Assembly: GCA_023920165.1 (NCBI GenBank)
Contig: CP089277.1
Span: 4,278,001-4,342,000 of the forward strand
Source: Curvularia clavata
Lineage: Eukaryota
DNA length: 64,000 nucleotides
Direction of reading: 5' to 3'
A program made the translations under genes and the position numbers. Shown here in pieces: positions 47,701 to 62,700 of the stretch. Numbering within the stretch: position 1 is the first letter of the stretch; each line of letters begins with the position of its first letter. The notes under the pieces were generated by a model. The model was not told where the DNA came from, did not search any database, and worked only from the letters and a program-made list of their open reading frames with translations.

Positions 47701-50700
47701 ATACATGATTCCAGCTCGGATCGTGGTGCTAGATGAGATGCCAGTCAATGCCAACGGCAAAGTCGACCGCAAGGAGCTGACGCGCAGGGCGAAGGTGGTC
47801 CCGAGAATAGAAACAGCTGCGGAGCGTATTCAACCCCGAAATGAAGTCGAAGCGGTTCTGTGCGAAGAATTCAGTGAAGTCCTCGGCGTCGAAGTTGGTG
47901 TCACGGACAACTTCTTCGATCTTGGTGGACACTCGCTCATGGCTACGAAGCTGGCTGCACGTACTGGGCGCCGACTTGATGCAAAGGTGTCTGTCAAAGA
48001 CGTTTTCGACCACCCAGTACTAGCGGATCTTGCCGCTGCTATCCAGCGAGGCTCGACTCCCCACTCGGCGATCGTTACTACTGAGTACTCTGGACCTGTA
48101 GAGCATTCATATGCCCAGGGCCGCCTTTGGTTCCTTGAACAACTCAATTTCAAGGCAACGTGGTATCTCCTACCGCTTGCGGTGCGGATTCGTGGGCCAC
48201 TCAATATCAAGGCCCTTACCACGGCGTTACATGCGCTAGAGCAGCGACATGAGACTTTAAGAACAACATTCATTGAGCAGGATGGTGTGGGCAAGCAAGC
48301 CGTTCAGCCATTTCAGCCGAAGGAACTCGAAATCGTCGACATAGCGGCCGACCACCAGGGCGACTACCTTAAAGTGCTACGTGACGAGCAGACTACCATG
48401 TTCAATCTTGCAACTGAGCCTGGTTGGAGGGTGACCTTACACAGAGTGGATCAAAACACGCATAATCTTTCCATCGTCATGCACCACATCATTTCGGACG
48501 GCTGGTCAGTCGATGTTCTGCGCCACGAGCTGAGGCAGTTCTATGCTGCTGCCCTCCGGGGTCAGGATCCCCTCGCGCATATCAGCCCGCTCCCAATTCA
48601 ATACCGCGACTTCTCGCTCTGGCAAAAGCAACCAGACCAGATCAACGAACATGCAAAACAACTTGAGTACTGGATCAAGCAGCTGGCAGACAGCTCCCCA
48701 GCTGAGCTCCCAACCGATTTACCTCGCCCGGCCGTACTGTCAGGGAAAGCTGGCGAAGTGGCCCTTTCTGTCAAGGGCCCGCTATATGAGCGTCTGCAAG
48801 CTTTCTGCAAGACTCATCAGACAACTGCCTTCGCCACACTCCTAGCAGCCTTCCGTGCAACGCATTATCGCCTTACAGGAGCCGAAGACGCTACCATCGG
48901 CACACCTATCGCCAACCGCAACAGGCCCGAATTAGAGAACCTGATTGGCTTCTTCGTGAATGCTCAGTGTATGCGCATTACTATCGACGGAGACGACACT
49001 TTCGAGAGTCTTATACGTCAGGTCCGAGCAACTGCTACGGCTGCCTTCGCGAATCAAGATGTCCCCTTTGAACGCATCGTGTCTACCATGCAATCTACCT
49101 CACGAGACACGTCAAGGAATCCGCTTGTACAGCTCATGTTCGCCCTCCACTCTCAACAGGACCTCGGAAAAATCCAACTTGAAGGCTGCGAAACGGAGCC
49201 TATTCCTCGAGCTGTACGCACTCGCTTCGATCTCGAGTTCCATCTCTACCAAGAGCAAGGGAGCCTAGGCGGCATTGTGTACTTTGCCACCGATTTGTTT
49301 GAGCCTGAGAGCATTGAGGGGATGGTTTCCATTTTCAAGGAAGTCCTCGCTCGAGCTCTTGACCAACCCCGAACGCCACTGGCGCTTCTACCGCTCACCG
49401 ATGGGGTGGCTGAGCTTCGCAGAAGAGGGCTGCTCGAGATTGAAAGGCTCAGCTATCCCCGCGACTCGAGCGTTGTCGACGTTTTCCGCGCTCAGGTCGT
49501 TGCTTGCCCAGATGCAATCGCTGTGAAAGATTCGACGTCGCAGCTCACCTACGCCCAACTTGACAAGCAGTCCGATGAGGTGGCTGTATGGCTACATCAA
49601 CGAAATTTGCCAGCAGAATCCCTTGTTGGCGTGCTAGCACCCAGATCATGCCAGACTATCATTACCTTCCTCGGTATTCTGAAGGCCAACCTAGCATATC
49701 TCCCGCTAGACGTCAACGTCCCATCTGCTCGTATCGAGGCGATCCTCTCGGCAGTCCCTGGCCATAAGTTGGTCCTCCTTAGTGCTGACGTCCCCGGTCC
49801 AGAGGCTCCACTTGTCAACGTAGAGCTAGTGCGGATCGACGACATCTTACGCCAAAACATCCACGCTTCGAATGCAGGGCCTCTAGCAAACTATCCCTCA
49901 GCAACTAGTCTTGCCTACGTCATGTTTACATCTGGATCTACAGGCAAGCCCAAGGGTGTTATGGTTGAGCATCGAAGCATTGTACGCTTGGTAAAGGAAA
50001 CCAACCTAGTCCCAGCAGCAAAGGCAGTTTCCTTAGTAGCTCATATCTCTAATCTTGCTTTTGATGCTGCAACTTGGGAGATATACGCTGCGCTCCTAAA
50101 TGGCGGAACTACCGTTTGCATTGATCATATCACTGTGTTGGATCCTACTAAACTCGCTCTCGTCTTCTCAAGCGAGAAGATCAAAGCTGCGTTCTTCTCA
50201 ACTGCTTTGCTCAAGCAGCGGCTCTACGAAGAACCATCTACTATCACTGGACTCGATCTTTTGTATGCTGGCGGTGAGAGAATGAGGCCTCAAGACGCTC
50301 TTAAGACGCGAGAGCTAGTTCGTGGTAGCTTCTGCCACGTCTATGGGCCGACAGAAAATACAACATTCAGCACTATCTATCCTATGGGGGCAGAAGAACG
50401 CTGCGTCAACGGACTACCTATTGGCCGCGCAGTCAGCCATTCAGGCGCAGTGATCATGGATGCTAATCAGCGCCTCGTGCCGTTAGGGGTGATGGGCGAG
50501 CTTGTTGTTACAGGAGATGGTATCGCCCGAGGATACACCGACCCAGCCTTGGACGTCAACCGCTTCGTCAACGTCACTATTGAAGGTCAAACCTTGAGGG
50601 CTTACAGAACTGGCGACCGTGCCCGCTACAGGCCTAAAGACGCACAGATTGAATTTTTTGGCCGAATGGATCAACAGGTCAAGATTCGAGGCCATCGTAT

Positions 50701-53700
50701 TGAGCCAGCTGAGGTCGAGCATGCGTTGCTCAACAATGACTTGCTTCAAGACGCTGCAGTCGTTATTCGAAAGCAACAAGATGATGAGCTAGAGATGGTT
50801 GCTTTTGTAGAACTAAAGAGCAATGAGTCAATCGAACAAGAGACAAGCAACCAGGTAGAAGACTGGAGCGCTCAATTCGAGAGCAACGTCTACGCCGAAA
50901 TCGAGGCAATCGATGCCTCTGCTGTCGGTAACGACTTTATGGGTTGGACTTCTATGTACGACGGTAGCGCGATCGACAAGGCTGAGATGCAGGAATGGCT
51001 CGATGATACCATGCAGACAATACTTGATAGCCGACCAGCCGGCCATGTTCTTGAAATCGGCACTGGTACGGGTATGATCCTCTTTAATCTTGGTGAAGGG
51101 TTACAAAGCTATGTCGGTCTTGAACCATCTACTTCGGCGGCTGCGTTTGTTAATCGTAGGATTCAGACGCTTCCCGCTTTCGCGGGTAAAGCTGAGGTTC
51201 ACGTGGGTACAGCGACAGATATCAGCCAACTTCAAGATCTCCGCCCGGATGTAGTGGTTATCAACTCGGTGGCTCAGTACTTCCCATCGTCTGAGTACTT
51301 ATCTAAGGTTTTGTACACATTGGCTCGTATTCCAGGAGTCAGGCGTCTCTTTTTCGGCGATATGCGATCTTTGGCTATTAACAGGCAGTTCCTTGCAGCT
51401 CGCGCCTTACACAACATAGGTAGTAAGGCTACTAAGAGCGCCATTCGAAGCAAGATGGTCGAGCTGGAAAACTCTGAAGAAGAATTGCTCGTCGACCCAA
51501 CGTTCTTCACGAACCTAGCGACCGAGCTTCCAGAGGTTGAGCACGTCGAGATCTTGCCAAAACGAATGATGGCCACCAACGAACTTAGCGCATACCGATA
51601 CGCGGCGGTTGTTCATATTCGAGACCCAGCAAGGCAGGCGCAGACGGTGCACACCATTGATCCTACCGCTTGGATCGATTTTAGCGCATCTCAAATGAAT
51701 CGCACTGTGCTTGCCAACCTCTTGCAAAACTCAGCAGATGCTGCAGCTATCGCTGTCAGCAACATCCCATACAGCAAGACGATCTTGGCGCGCCACATTG
51801 TTCAGTCGCTTGATGACGATCTCACAGACAGCGATGATCCACAAGATAAGCTTGAAGGAGCTGCTTGGATGTCTGCTATCCGGTCCAATATCAAAACCTG
51901 TGCATCGCTGTCCGCCTTCGACCTTGCGCAGCTTGCCCAGGAGACAGGATTCCGTGTGGAGCTTAGTTGGGCAAGGCAACGAACCCATCACGGAGCTTTA
52001 GACGCTGTTTTCCATCACTACAAGTCTAACCAGGATGGTGGTCGTGTCCTTGTGCAGTTCCCGACTGATAATCGACCTCGTCTATCAGGGCAACTCACAA
52101 ACCAACCGCTGCAGCGGCTGCAGAGTCGACGATTCGAGACACAGATTCGAGACCAGCTCAGCTCTTTACTTCCATCTTACATGATCCCGTCGTTTATCGT
52201 GATGGTCGATGAGATGCCCTTGAATGCCAATGGCAAGGTAGACAGGAAAGCCCTAGAGCGAAGGGCTCGCATGGTTCAGAAAGTTGAAAAGCCAGCTTCC
52301 GAGCGAGTCGGTGCACGTAACGAGATCGAAGCCGCGCTGTGCGAAGTATTCGTAGATCTACTCGGCACTGAGGTCAGCATTACTGACAACTTCTTTAACC
52401 TTGGCGGTCATTCGCTCATGGCCACAAAACTGGCTGCTCGAATTAGCAGACGCCTTGACGCGCGCATCTCTGTCAAGGATGTGTTTGACTACCCTGTTCT
52501 CGCTGACCTTGCGGGCGCCGTTCAGCGAGGCTCAACTCCACACAACCCAATTGTCGCGACGCCCTACTCAGGGCCCGTCGAGCAGTCCTTTGCTCAGGGC
52601 CGCCTGTGGTTCTTAGACCAGCTTAACGCCGGTTCGCTGTGGTACATCCAGCCAATCGCCGTACGCGTACGCGGTTCGCTCAATATTGGTGCGCTGACTA
52701 CAGCACTCAATGCGCTTGAGAAGCGCCACGAACCGTTGCGCACGACTTTCGAAGAGCATGAAGGCATTGGTGTGCAAGTCGTTCAACCGCATCAGCCAAA
52801 GAAGCTTAGAATTGTCGATACCGTGGCTGACTATCAGGGTGACTTCATCACGGCTCTACGGAAGGAGCAACAGACTCTTTTCAATCTCGCGACCGAGCCA
52901 GGCTGGAGAGTGTCTCTGCTACGCATTGGGGAGGACGACAACATTCTCTCCATCGTCATGCACCACATTGTTTCAGACGGTTGGTCTGTTGACATCTTGC
53001 GTCAAGATCTAAAACTATTCTATGCCGCCGCTCTCAAGGGCCAGGAGCCGCAAGTAGACGCGCTCCCAATCCAGTATCGTGACTTTGCCTTCTGGCAGAA
53101 ACAGCCGGAGCAGGTAGCTGAGCACCAGCGACAACTCGACTACTGGATTGAACAATTGAAGGACAGCACGCCTGCCGAGCTTATCACCGATTTTCCGCGG
53201 CCAGAGGTGCTGTCTGGCACTGCTGGCATCGTACAGCTTGCCGTGGACGGCCAAGTCTACGAGGGTCTCCGGGCTTTCTGCAGAATTCATCAAACAACGT
53301 CCTTCGTAGTACTTCTTACAGCCTTTAGAGCTGCCCATTACCGTCTAACAGGCACCGAGGACGCGACAATCGGTTCTCCCATCGCCAACCGGAATCGGCC
53401 CGAACTGGAGAGCCTCATTGGCTTCTTCGTCAATACCCAGTGTATGCGCATTATGGTCGGAGAGGACGACACATTCGAACGATTGGTACAGCAGGTCCGA
53501 TCAACGACAACAGCTGCATTTGCTAACCAGGACGTTCCCTTCGAACGAATCGTTTCATCTGTCCAGTCCACCTCAAGAGATGCCTCCCGAAACCCTTTGG
53601 TGCAGCTCATGTTTGCACTTCATTCACAGCAGGGTATCGGCCTGATGGAACTCGAAGGTGTTGAGACAGAGCCAATTGCAAGAGATGTATCGACGCGCTT

Positions 53701-56700
53701 CGACATTGAATTCCATCTTTACCAGAAGGAAGAGAGCTTGCACGGTGTTATCCACTTTGCTGCCGACTTGTTCGAGCCTGAGACTATCCAAGGCTTAGTC
53801 TCCGTCTTCCAGGAAATCCTTCGTGGAGGACTCGAGACACCTCGAATGCCAATCAGCGTCCTACCTCTTGATAACAACATCCCGGAGCTTCTCGTCGGTA
53901 TGCTCGATGTCGACACTCCAGAGTATCCTCGCGATTCAAGCGTGGTTGATGTGTTCCGCACCCAAGTTGCTGCCAGCCCGGATGCGATCGCCGTTAAAGA
54001 TTCAACTTCGCAGCTCACCTATGCTCAGCTTGATGAAGAATCCAACAAAGTGGCTACATGGTTGAGTCAAAGGCAGCTGGCTCCCGAAACACTGGTAGGC
54101 GTCCTTGCGCCTAGATCGTGTCAAACAATTGTTACATTCTTTGGTATTCTGAAGGCCAACCTGGCGTATCTCCCGCTAGACGTCAACGTCCCATCTGCTC
54201 GTATCGAGGCGATCCTCTCGGCAGTCCCTGGCCATAAGTTGGTCCTCCTTAGTGCTGACGTCCCCGGTCCAGAGGCTCCACTTGTCAACGTAGAGCTAGT
54301 GCGGATCGACGACATCTTACGCCAAAACATCCACGCTTCGAATGCAGAGCCTCTAGCAAACTATCCCTTAGCAACTAGTCTTGCCTACGTCATGTTTACA
54401 TCTGGATCTACAGGCAAGCCTAAGGGTGTTATGGTTGAGCATCGAAGCATTGTACGCTTGGTAAAGGAAACCAACCTAGTCCCAGCAGCAAAGGCAGTTT
54501 CCTTAGTAGCTCATATCTCTAATCTTGCTTTTGATGCTGCAACTTGGGAGATATACGCTGCGCTCCTAAATGGCGGAACTACCGTTTGCATTGATCATAT
54601 TACTGTGTTGGATCCTACTAAACTCGCTCTCGTCTTCTCAAGCGAGAAGATCAAAGCTGCGTTCTTCTCAACTGCTTTGCTCAAGCAGCGGCTCTACGAA
54701 GAACCATCTACTATCACTGGACTCGATCTTTTGTATGCTGGCGGTGAGAGAATGAGGCCTCAAGACGCTCTTAAGACGCGAGAACTAGTTCGTGGTAGCT
54801 TCTGCCACGTCTATGGGCCGACAGAAAATACAACATTCAGCACTATCTATCCTATGGGGGCAGAAGAACGCTGCGTCAACGGACTACCTATTGGCCGCGC
54901 AGTCAGCCATTCAGGCGCAGTGATCATGGATGCTAATCAGCGCCTCGTGCCGTTAGGGGTGATGGGCGAGCTTGTTGTTACAGGAGACGGTGTCGCCCGA
55001 GGATACACCGACCCCGCTCTGAATCGTGATCGCTTCGTGGAAGTCAATGTCCACGGTCAGGTTCTGAGGGCATATCGCACAGGCGATCAAGCCCGCTATC
55101 GACCCAAAGATGGCCAGATTGAGTTCTCCGGGCGTATGGACAGACAACTGAAAATTCGAGGCCATCGTATCGAGCCAGCTGAGGTCGAGCACGCCATACT
55201 TAGCCACGACGATATTCGAAACGCAGTTGTGGTTACTCGACAACAAGAAGGCCAAGATCTGGAAATGGTCGCTTTCGTCTCTACTCCCAACGATCAAACC
55301 GTAGAATACGACGAAGCTAGGAATCAAGTTGAGGACTGGGGGGCTCAATTCGAGAGCAACGTTTACGCCGAGATCGAGGAGATCGACTCCTCTGCCGTTG
55401 GCAATGACTTCATGGGCTGGACATCCATGTACGACGGTACTGCGATCGATAAAGCAGAGATGCAGGAATGGCTCGACGATACTATGAGAACCCTCCATGA
55501 CGGCCGAGAACCTGGCCACGTCCTCGAAGTTGGTACAGGCACGGGCATGATCCTATTCAATCTCGGCAAGGGCCTGCAGAGCTACGTCGGCCTCGAGCCG
55601 TCGACTTCGGCAGCTGCATTCGTCAATCGCAAGATTGAGACTATCTCATCATTGGCGGGTAAGGCTAAAGTTGAGATTGGCACAGCAACCGACGTAGGCC
55701 AGCTCAAGAACCTCCACTCCGATTTGGTCGTTATTAATTCGGTAGCTCAATATTTCCCTTCCCCCGAGTATCTAGTCGAAGCAGTAACTGCTCTAGCCCA
55801 CATCCCAGGTGTAAAACGCTTGTTCTTCGGCGACATGCGATCCTACGCTATGAATAAGCAGTTCCTGGTTGCTAGGGCTCTCCATACGCTAGGAGCCAAG
55901 GCAAACAAGGACGATGTTCGCAGGAAGATGGTGGAGCTAGAGGAATTCGAAGAGGAACTACTCGTGGATCCAGCCTTCTTCACAGGCCTCGCAAACTGGC
56001 TGTCAGAAGTCGAACATGTCGAGATTCTACCCAAACAGATGACAGCTACCAACGAGCTGAGCTCATACCGTTATGCAGCCGTCGTACACCTACGGCTTCC
56101 AGGCCAGGAGGCACAACCAGTCGTGACAGTCAATCAAGATGCCTGGGTTGACTTCGGAGGATCCAAGATGGATCGACACGCTCTTCTTCGCCACCTACAA
56201 AGCTCACCAAAGGCCGAAACTGTAGCCATCAGCAACATCCCCTATAGCAAGACGATTTATGAGCGCCATGTCCTCGCATCTTTGGATGACGATGAAGTCG
56301 AGGACTCGTTAGATGGGTCAGCATGGCTATCGGATGTTCGCTCTACCGCCGAACAGTGCGCGTCACTCTCCGGAGTCGACTTAGTTCAAATCGCCAAGGA
56401 GGCCGGCTTCCGCGTGGAGCTCAGCTGGGCGCGACAGAGGTCTCAGAAGGGTGGAATCGACGCGGTCTTCCACCACTACGAGTCAGTGCACGATGGAGCT
56501 CGCGTCATGGTCAAGTTCCCGACAGATGATCAAGGCCGAGCGCTCGATTCGCTTGCGAACAGGCCGCTGCAACGACTCCAGAGTCGACGAATCGAGGTGC
56601 AAATTCGGGAGCGGCTACAAGCTGTACTGCCGTCCTATATGATGCCAGTCCGCATTGTAGTCTTGGACGAGATGCCTATGAATGCGAACGGCAAGGTTGA

Positions 56701-59700
56701 CAGAAAAGTGCTTACCCGCAGAGCTAAGATGATTTCGAGGGTCGAGACAACCGCTGAACGCGTTGGGCCTCGCAACGACATAGAGGCTCTCCTCTGTGAG
56801 GAGTTTGCTGAAGTGCTTGGTGTCGAGGTTGGCATTAATGACAACTTCTTCGATCTTGGCGGACACTCTCTCATGGCCACGAAGCTTGCAGCTCGTAGTA
56901 GCCGTCGCTTCGATGCGAAGGTCTCTGTCAAAGACGTGTTTGATCATCCTATCCTAGCGGACCTAGCAGCTGCGATTCAGCGAGGCTCAACTCCACACAA
57001 CCCCATCCTCGCAACACAATATAGCGGGCCTGTGGAGCAGTCTTTCGCTCAGGGTCGGCTGTGGTTCCTTGAACAGCTGAACGTCAGTTCAACATGGTAT
57101 CTGCAACCAATCGCAGTGCGTATGCGCGGACCGCTTAAGATTGAGGCGCTCGCGGCGGCGTTACACGCTCTGGAGGAGCGTCACGAAACCCTGCGAACGA
57201 CGTTTGAAGAGCACGACGGCATTGGTATGCAGGTTGTTCAGCCACATCGCCCCAAAGAACTCAGAGTGATTGATGTACAAGCTGAGCATGATGGCGATTA
57301 TACTCAGGCTCTGCGCACAGAGCAAACAACTCCGTTCAATTTAGAAACGGAACCAGGATGGAGGGTATCGGTGTTTCGCCTGAACGAAGATGACAACATC
57401 CTCTCTATAGTGATGCACCATATCATCTCTGATGGTTGGTCGTTCGATATCCTGCGTAAGGAGATCAGAGAGTTTTACAACGCCGTGCTCAAGGGCAAGG
57501 ACCCCTTGGCGCAAATGAGTCCCTTGCATATCCAATATCGCGACTTTTCCGTTTGGCAAAAGCAGCTGAATCAGATCACCGAGCATAAACGGCAGCTTGA
57601 TTACTGGACGAAGAACCTAGCCGACAATACTCCAGCCGAGCTCCCAACCGATCTGCCTCGGCCAGCCGTTCTATCCGGTAAGGCTGGAGTCATCCAGCTC
57701 TCTATTACAGGTCCAGTCTATGATCGTCTCCGCGCGTTCTGCCGAGTCCACCAGACCACCTTATTCGCGGTGCTCCTCACTGTATTTCGAGCCACCCACT
57801 ATCGCCTCACTGGAGCAGAGGATGCTACGATTGGTACGCCTATCGCTAATCGTAACAGACCAGAGCTTGAGAACTTGATCGGGTTTTTTGTTAACACTCA
57901 GTGCATGCGGATTACCGTAGAAGAGGAGGACACGTTCGAGACACTCATCCACCAGGTTCGGACTACAACTACAGCCGCTTTCGCCAACCAAGACGTACCT
58001 TTTGAGCGAATTGTGTCAGCCCTACTCCCAGGCTCCCGAGACACGTCCCGCAACCCGCTCTCTCAGATCATGTTTGCCGTACATTCTCAGGAAAACATCA
58101 GCAAGATCGAACTAGACGGCCTAGAGAGCGAGGCCATTTCACGAGCCACATCAACTCGTTTCGATCTAGAGTTCCATCTTTTCCAGGAAGAGAAGGGCCT
58201 AGGCGGCATTGTATTGTTTGCAGCAGATCTGTTCGAGCCGGAGACGATCGACAGCCTCGTCTTCGTCTTCCAAGAGATCCTCCGCCAGAGTCTCGAGACA
58301 CCCAAGACTCCAATTGCGGTCTTGCCTCTTACCAATGGTATTGCGCAGCTTCGCAGCATGTGTGTGCTAGATATTGAGAAGACCGCCTACCCTCAAGACT
58401 CTAGCGTCATCGATATCTTCCGCCAGCAGGTTGCTGCCCGCCCGGATGCCACGGCCGTCACAGATTCTACCTCTCAGCTCACCTACGCACAGCTGGATCT
58501 CCACTCTGACGAGCTAGCCAACTGGCTGCGTCAGAAGAAGATGGCACCCGAGACTTTGGTGGGTGTGCTAGCACCACGGTCTTGTCAAACGATCGTTACC
58601 TTTCTTGGTATTTTAAAGGCAAGCTTAGCCTATCTACCGCTAGACGTCAAAGTGCCGGTTGCCCGCATAGAGGCCATTTTGTCATCCATTTCAGGGCAGA
58701 AACTGATTCTGCTTGGGCAGGACGTACCTGTCCCAGAAATCCAGCTCCCAGACGTCGATGTCGTACCAATCAGTGAAATCTTAGGCAGCTCTGTCCCTTC
58801 TCGTGCTACAGATAAGAGTGTAGGGCCATTGGCAAGAAATCTTGCGTATGTTCTGTTCACATCTGGATCCACAGGCAAGCCCAAGGGTGTCATGATCGAG
58901 CACCGCAGTATTGTGCGCCTTGTCAAAGAGACGAATCTTATCTCTAAGCTACCAAGCGCGCCTCGCACGGCACATCTCACCAATCTCGTCTTTGACAACT
59001 CTGCATGGGAAATTTACTCCACCCTTCTCAACGGGGGAACGCTAGTCTGCATCGACTATACCACCGTTCTGGATAGCAAAGCCCTCGAAACCGTGTTCAG
59101 GGAGCAACGCATTCAGACATCTCTGATGCCTCCTGCGCTACTTAAAGAGTGCTTAGCCAACATGCCTACTATGTTCGATGACGTAGAGGTGCTCTACGCG
59201 CTTGGAGATCGATTCGACAAACAGGATGCCATGAAAGCGCGCTCGATAGTCAAGACCGCCGTCTACAACGCCTATGGTCCCACGGAAAACACGGTCATCA
59301 GTACTATCTACGAGATTGCTAAGGACGATTCGTTCGTGAACGGTGTTCCCATCGGTCGGAGCATCAGCAACTCCGGAGCCTTCATCATGGACTCCCGGCA
59401 ACAGCTCGTCCCCGTTGGCGTGCTAGGCGAGCTCGTCGTTTCTGGCGATGGCCTTGCGAGAGGATATACTGATCCCACACTGGATGTAAATCGCTTCGTT
59501 GAGGTGACTGTTGATGGCCAACAGGTTAGAGTATACCGGACCGGTGATCGCGTACGCTTCCGTCCAAAGGATGGTCAGATTGAATTTTTTAGTCGCATGG
59601 ATCAGCAAGTCAAGATTCGAGGCCATCGTATCGAGCCGGCTGAGGTAGAGCACGTTATTCTCACCAACAACATTATCCGCGATGCGGCTGTTGCAATCCG

Positions 59701-62700
59701 GCGACCTGAGGGTCAAGAACCAGAAATGGTTGCTTTCGTCACTACCCATGAAAATACTTCTATTGAGAAGCAGTCAGTCGAGGAATTCACAGCACGGATC
59801 GAGAATGAGGTCCGTCGCTGGATCAAGACCTTACTTCCGCTCTACATGGTTCCTACACAGATTGTTGTACTGGATCGAATGCCTGTCAATGCTAACGGTA
59901 AGGTTGACAGGAAAAAGCTCGCGCAAAGAGCACAAACCCTACAGAAGAGCGAGGCAGGTTCCCTTCCTTCCGTAAGAGTTCCTCCCACCAACGACATGGA
60001 GAGGGTATTGTGCGAAGAGTTTGCCGACGTTCTCGGCGTGGAGGTCGGCATTACCGACAACTTCTTCGACTTTGGAGGACACTCACTCATGGCAACCAAG
60101 CTCGCAGCGCGTATTAGTCGCCGCGTGAACGCCCGAGTATCTGTCAAGAGCGTTTTCGACCACCCCGTCCTTGTTGACCTTGCATCCACTATTAAACAAG
60201 ACTCAATCATGCACAAACCTATCCCACAGACTGCCTACACCGGGCCCGTGGAACAGTCCTTTGCCCAAGGCCGTCTCTGGTTCTTAGACCAGCTTAACTT
60301 CGGTGCCTCGTGGTACCTCATGCCTCTCGCGCTACGCTTGCAAGGATCCCTTCACGTCAAGTCCCTCACTACTGCGTTGTTTGCACTAGAACAGCGTCAT
60401 GAGACCCTGAGAACAACATTTGAGGAACAAGATGGCGTCGGCATCCAAATTGTACACCCTGCCAACAAGAAGGACCTTAGAATCCTGGACGTATCTAAAG
60501 AGCAAAACGGCGACTATGCTAAAGTCCTGCACAAGGAGCGCACGCTCCCTATTGATCTGACTTCAGAGCCAGGTTGGAGGGTATCGCTCATTCGCTTGAG
60601 CGAAGACGATCATATCCTCTCCATCGTCATGCATCATATTATCTCAGATGGATGGTCCGTGGATGTTCTGCGCCAAGAGCTGAAGCAATTCTATACTGCT
60701 GCGCTCAAGGGCCAAGATCCTCTGGCGCAGATTGACGCTCTGCCAATCCAATACCGCGACTTCTCATTGTGGCAGAAGTTGCCAGATCAAGTTGCTGAGC
60801 ACCAACGACAGCTCGAGTACTGGACCGAGCAGTTGGCAGATAACACTCCAGCCGAGCTCCTGACCGATCTACCCCGGCCGGACGTCCTATCTGGCAAGGC
60901 TGGAGCCGTACAACTCACTATCGATGGTCCGGTGTTCGATCAGCTCCAGGCGTTCTGCCGAGCACATCAGACAACAATGTTCACGGTTCTGCTGGCAGTC
61001 TTCCGAACAACTCATTACCGCTTGACAGGCGCTACTGACGCCACTATCGGCACCCCGATTGCCAACCGTAACAGGCCGGAACTTGAAAGATTGGTGGGCT
61101 TCTTCGTCAATACTCAATGTATCAGGATCACGGTAGACGTGGAGGATACATTTGAAGCATTGGTACAACAAGTCCATTCTACGTCGACGACAGCCTTTGC
61201 CAATCAGGATGTTCCGTTCGAGCGAATCGTGTCCACAATTCTACCAGGCTCGCGAGACGCCTCCCGGAATCCTCTTGCTCAACTCATGTTTGCCGTCCAT
61301 TCTCAGAGGGATATCAGTAAATTCCAGCTTGAAGGGCTAGACACGAAGCCTATCCCCACGGCTGCATCCACTCGCTTTGACATTGAGTTTCATATGTTTC
61401 AGCAGGCAGAACGCCTTTCTGGAAGGGTTCTTTTCGCAGAGGATCTGTTCGAGCTAGAGACTATCCAAGGAATGGTTGTAATCTTCAAAGAGATTCTCCG
61501 AAGAGGCCTTGAAACGCCACAGACCCCGCTTGCGGTTCTCCCACTCACTGATGGGCTGGCAGATCTTCGCAGTCATGGCCTGCTTGAGATTGAGAGGCCA
61601 GAGTATCCGCGCGACTCAAGTGTGATCGACGTTTTCCGTGCTCAGGTTGCCGCATGCCCTGACGCGACTGCGGTCAAAGACTCCACCTCACAGCTTACCT
61701 ACAGTCAACTCGACGACCAATCTGATAAGATCACTGCCTGGCTTCTCCAACGCAAAATTCCAGCTGAGAGTTTGGTTGCTGTATACGCTCCAAGAACGTG
61801 CCAAACCATCGTTACATTCTTTGGTATTCTCAAGGCTAATCTAGCCTACCTTCCATTGGATACCAATGTCCCAGCCGCCCGTATTGAGGCAATCCTATCA
61901 ACCATATCTGGTCACAAGCTAGTACTGCTTGGGTCTCAAGTCTCCGCTCCTGCGGTAGAATTGAAGGACGTCGAATATGTTTGGATTGATGAAGCCATGG
62001 CTGAGACTGTTCGTACATGCACCAGCCCCGAACCCTCTGCCACAAGTCTTGCATACGTCATCTTCACATCCGGATCTACAGGCCTACCCAAGGGCGTCAA
62101 GGTCGAGCACCGTGGTGTCGTACGTCTCGTCAAGCAGAGTAATGTGGTAGCAAAGATGCCTCAGGCAGCACGCGTTGCCCATCTATCAAACATCGCTTTC
62201 GATGCTGCCACGTGGGAGATCTATGCTGCGCTCCTTAACGGCGGCTCTCTCATATGTATTGACTATTTCACTACATTGGATAGCAAGGAGCTTGAAGCCG
62301 TGTTTGCACGAGAAAAAATCCAAGCGGCCATGCTTCCGCCGGCGCTGCTCAAGCAGTGTTTGGTCAATATCCCTGCGACTATCAGCGCCTTAGACGTGGT
62401 ACTTGCAGCGGGCGACCGTTTCGACAGGCGCGACGCGGCGGCGACACAAGCGCTCGTCGGAGGCGGTGTCTACAACGCGTACGGCCCTACCGAGAACACG
62501 ACTCTCAGTACCATCTACAATGTGGTCAAAGGCGACGCCAACGTCAACGGAGTTCCAATCGGTCGCCCTGTTAGCAACTCAGGTGCCTACATCATGGATC
62601 CCAATCAACAGCTGGTCCCCATGGGTGTTATGGGAGAGCTTATCGTGGTAGGAGACGGAGTCGCTCGGGGATATACCGATTCAGCACTAGATGTCAATCG

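Larger units (their letters stand above)
48085..52535 (+). other. NRPS module 6: C-A-MT-T, mosaic, with A core near-identical to module 7
   Basis: Pocket FDAATWE / AAFFST / LYAGGE / CHVYGPTENTTF; MT motif at ~51047; GGHS at 52403. Confidence 0.8.
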
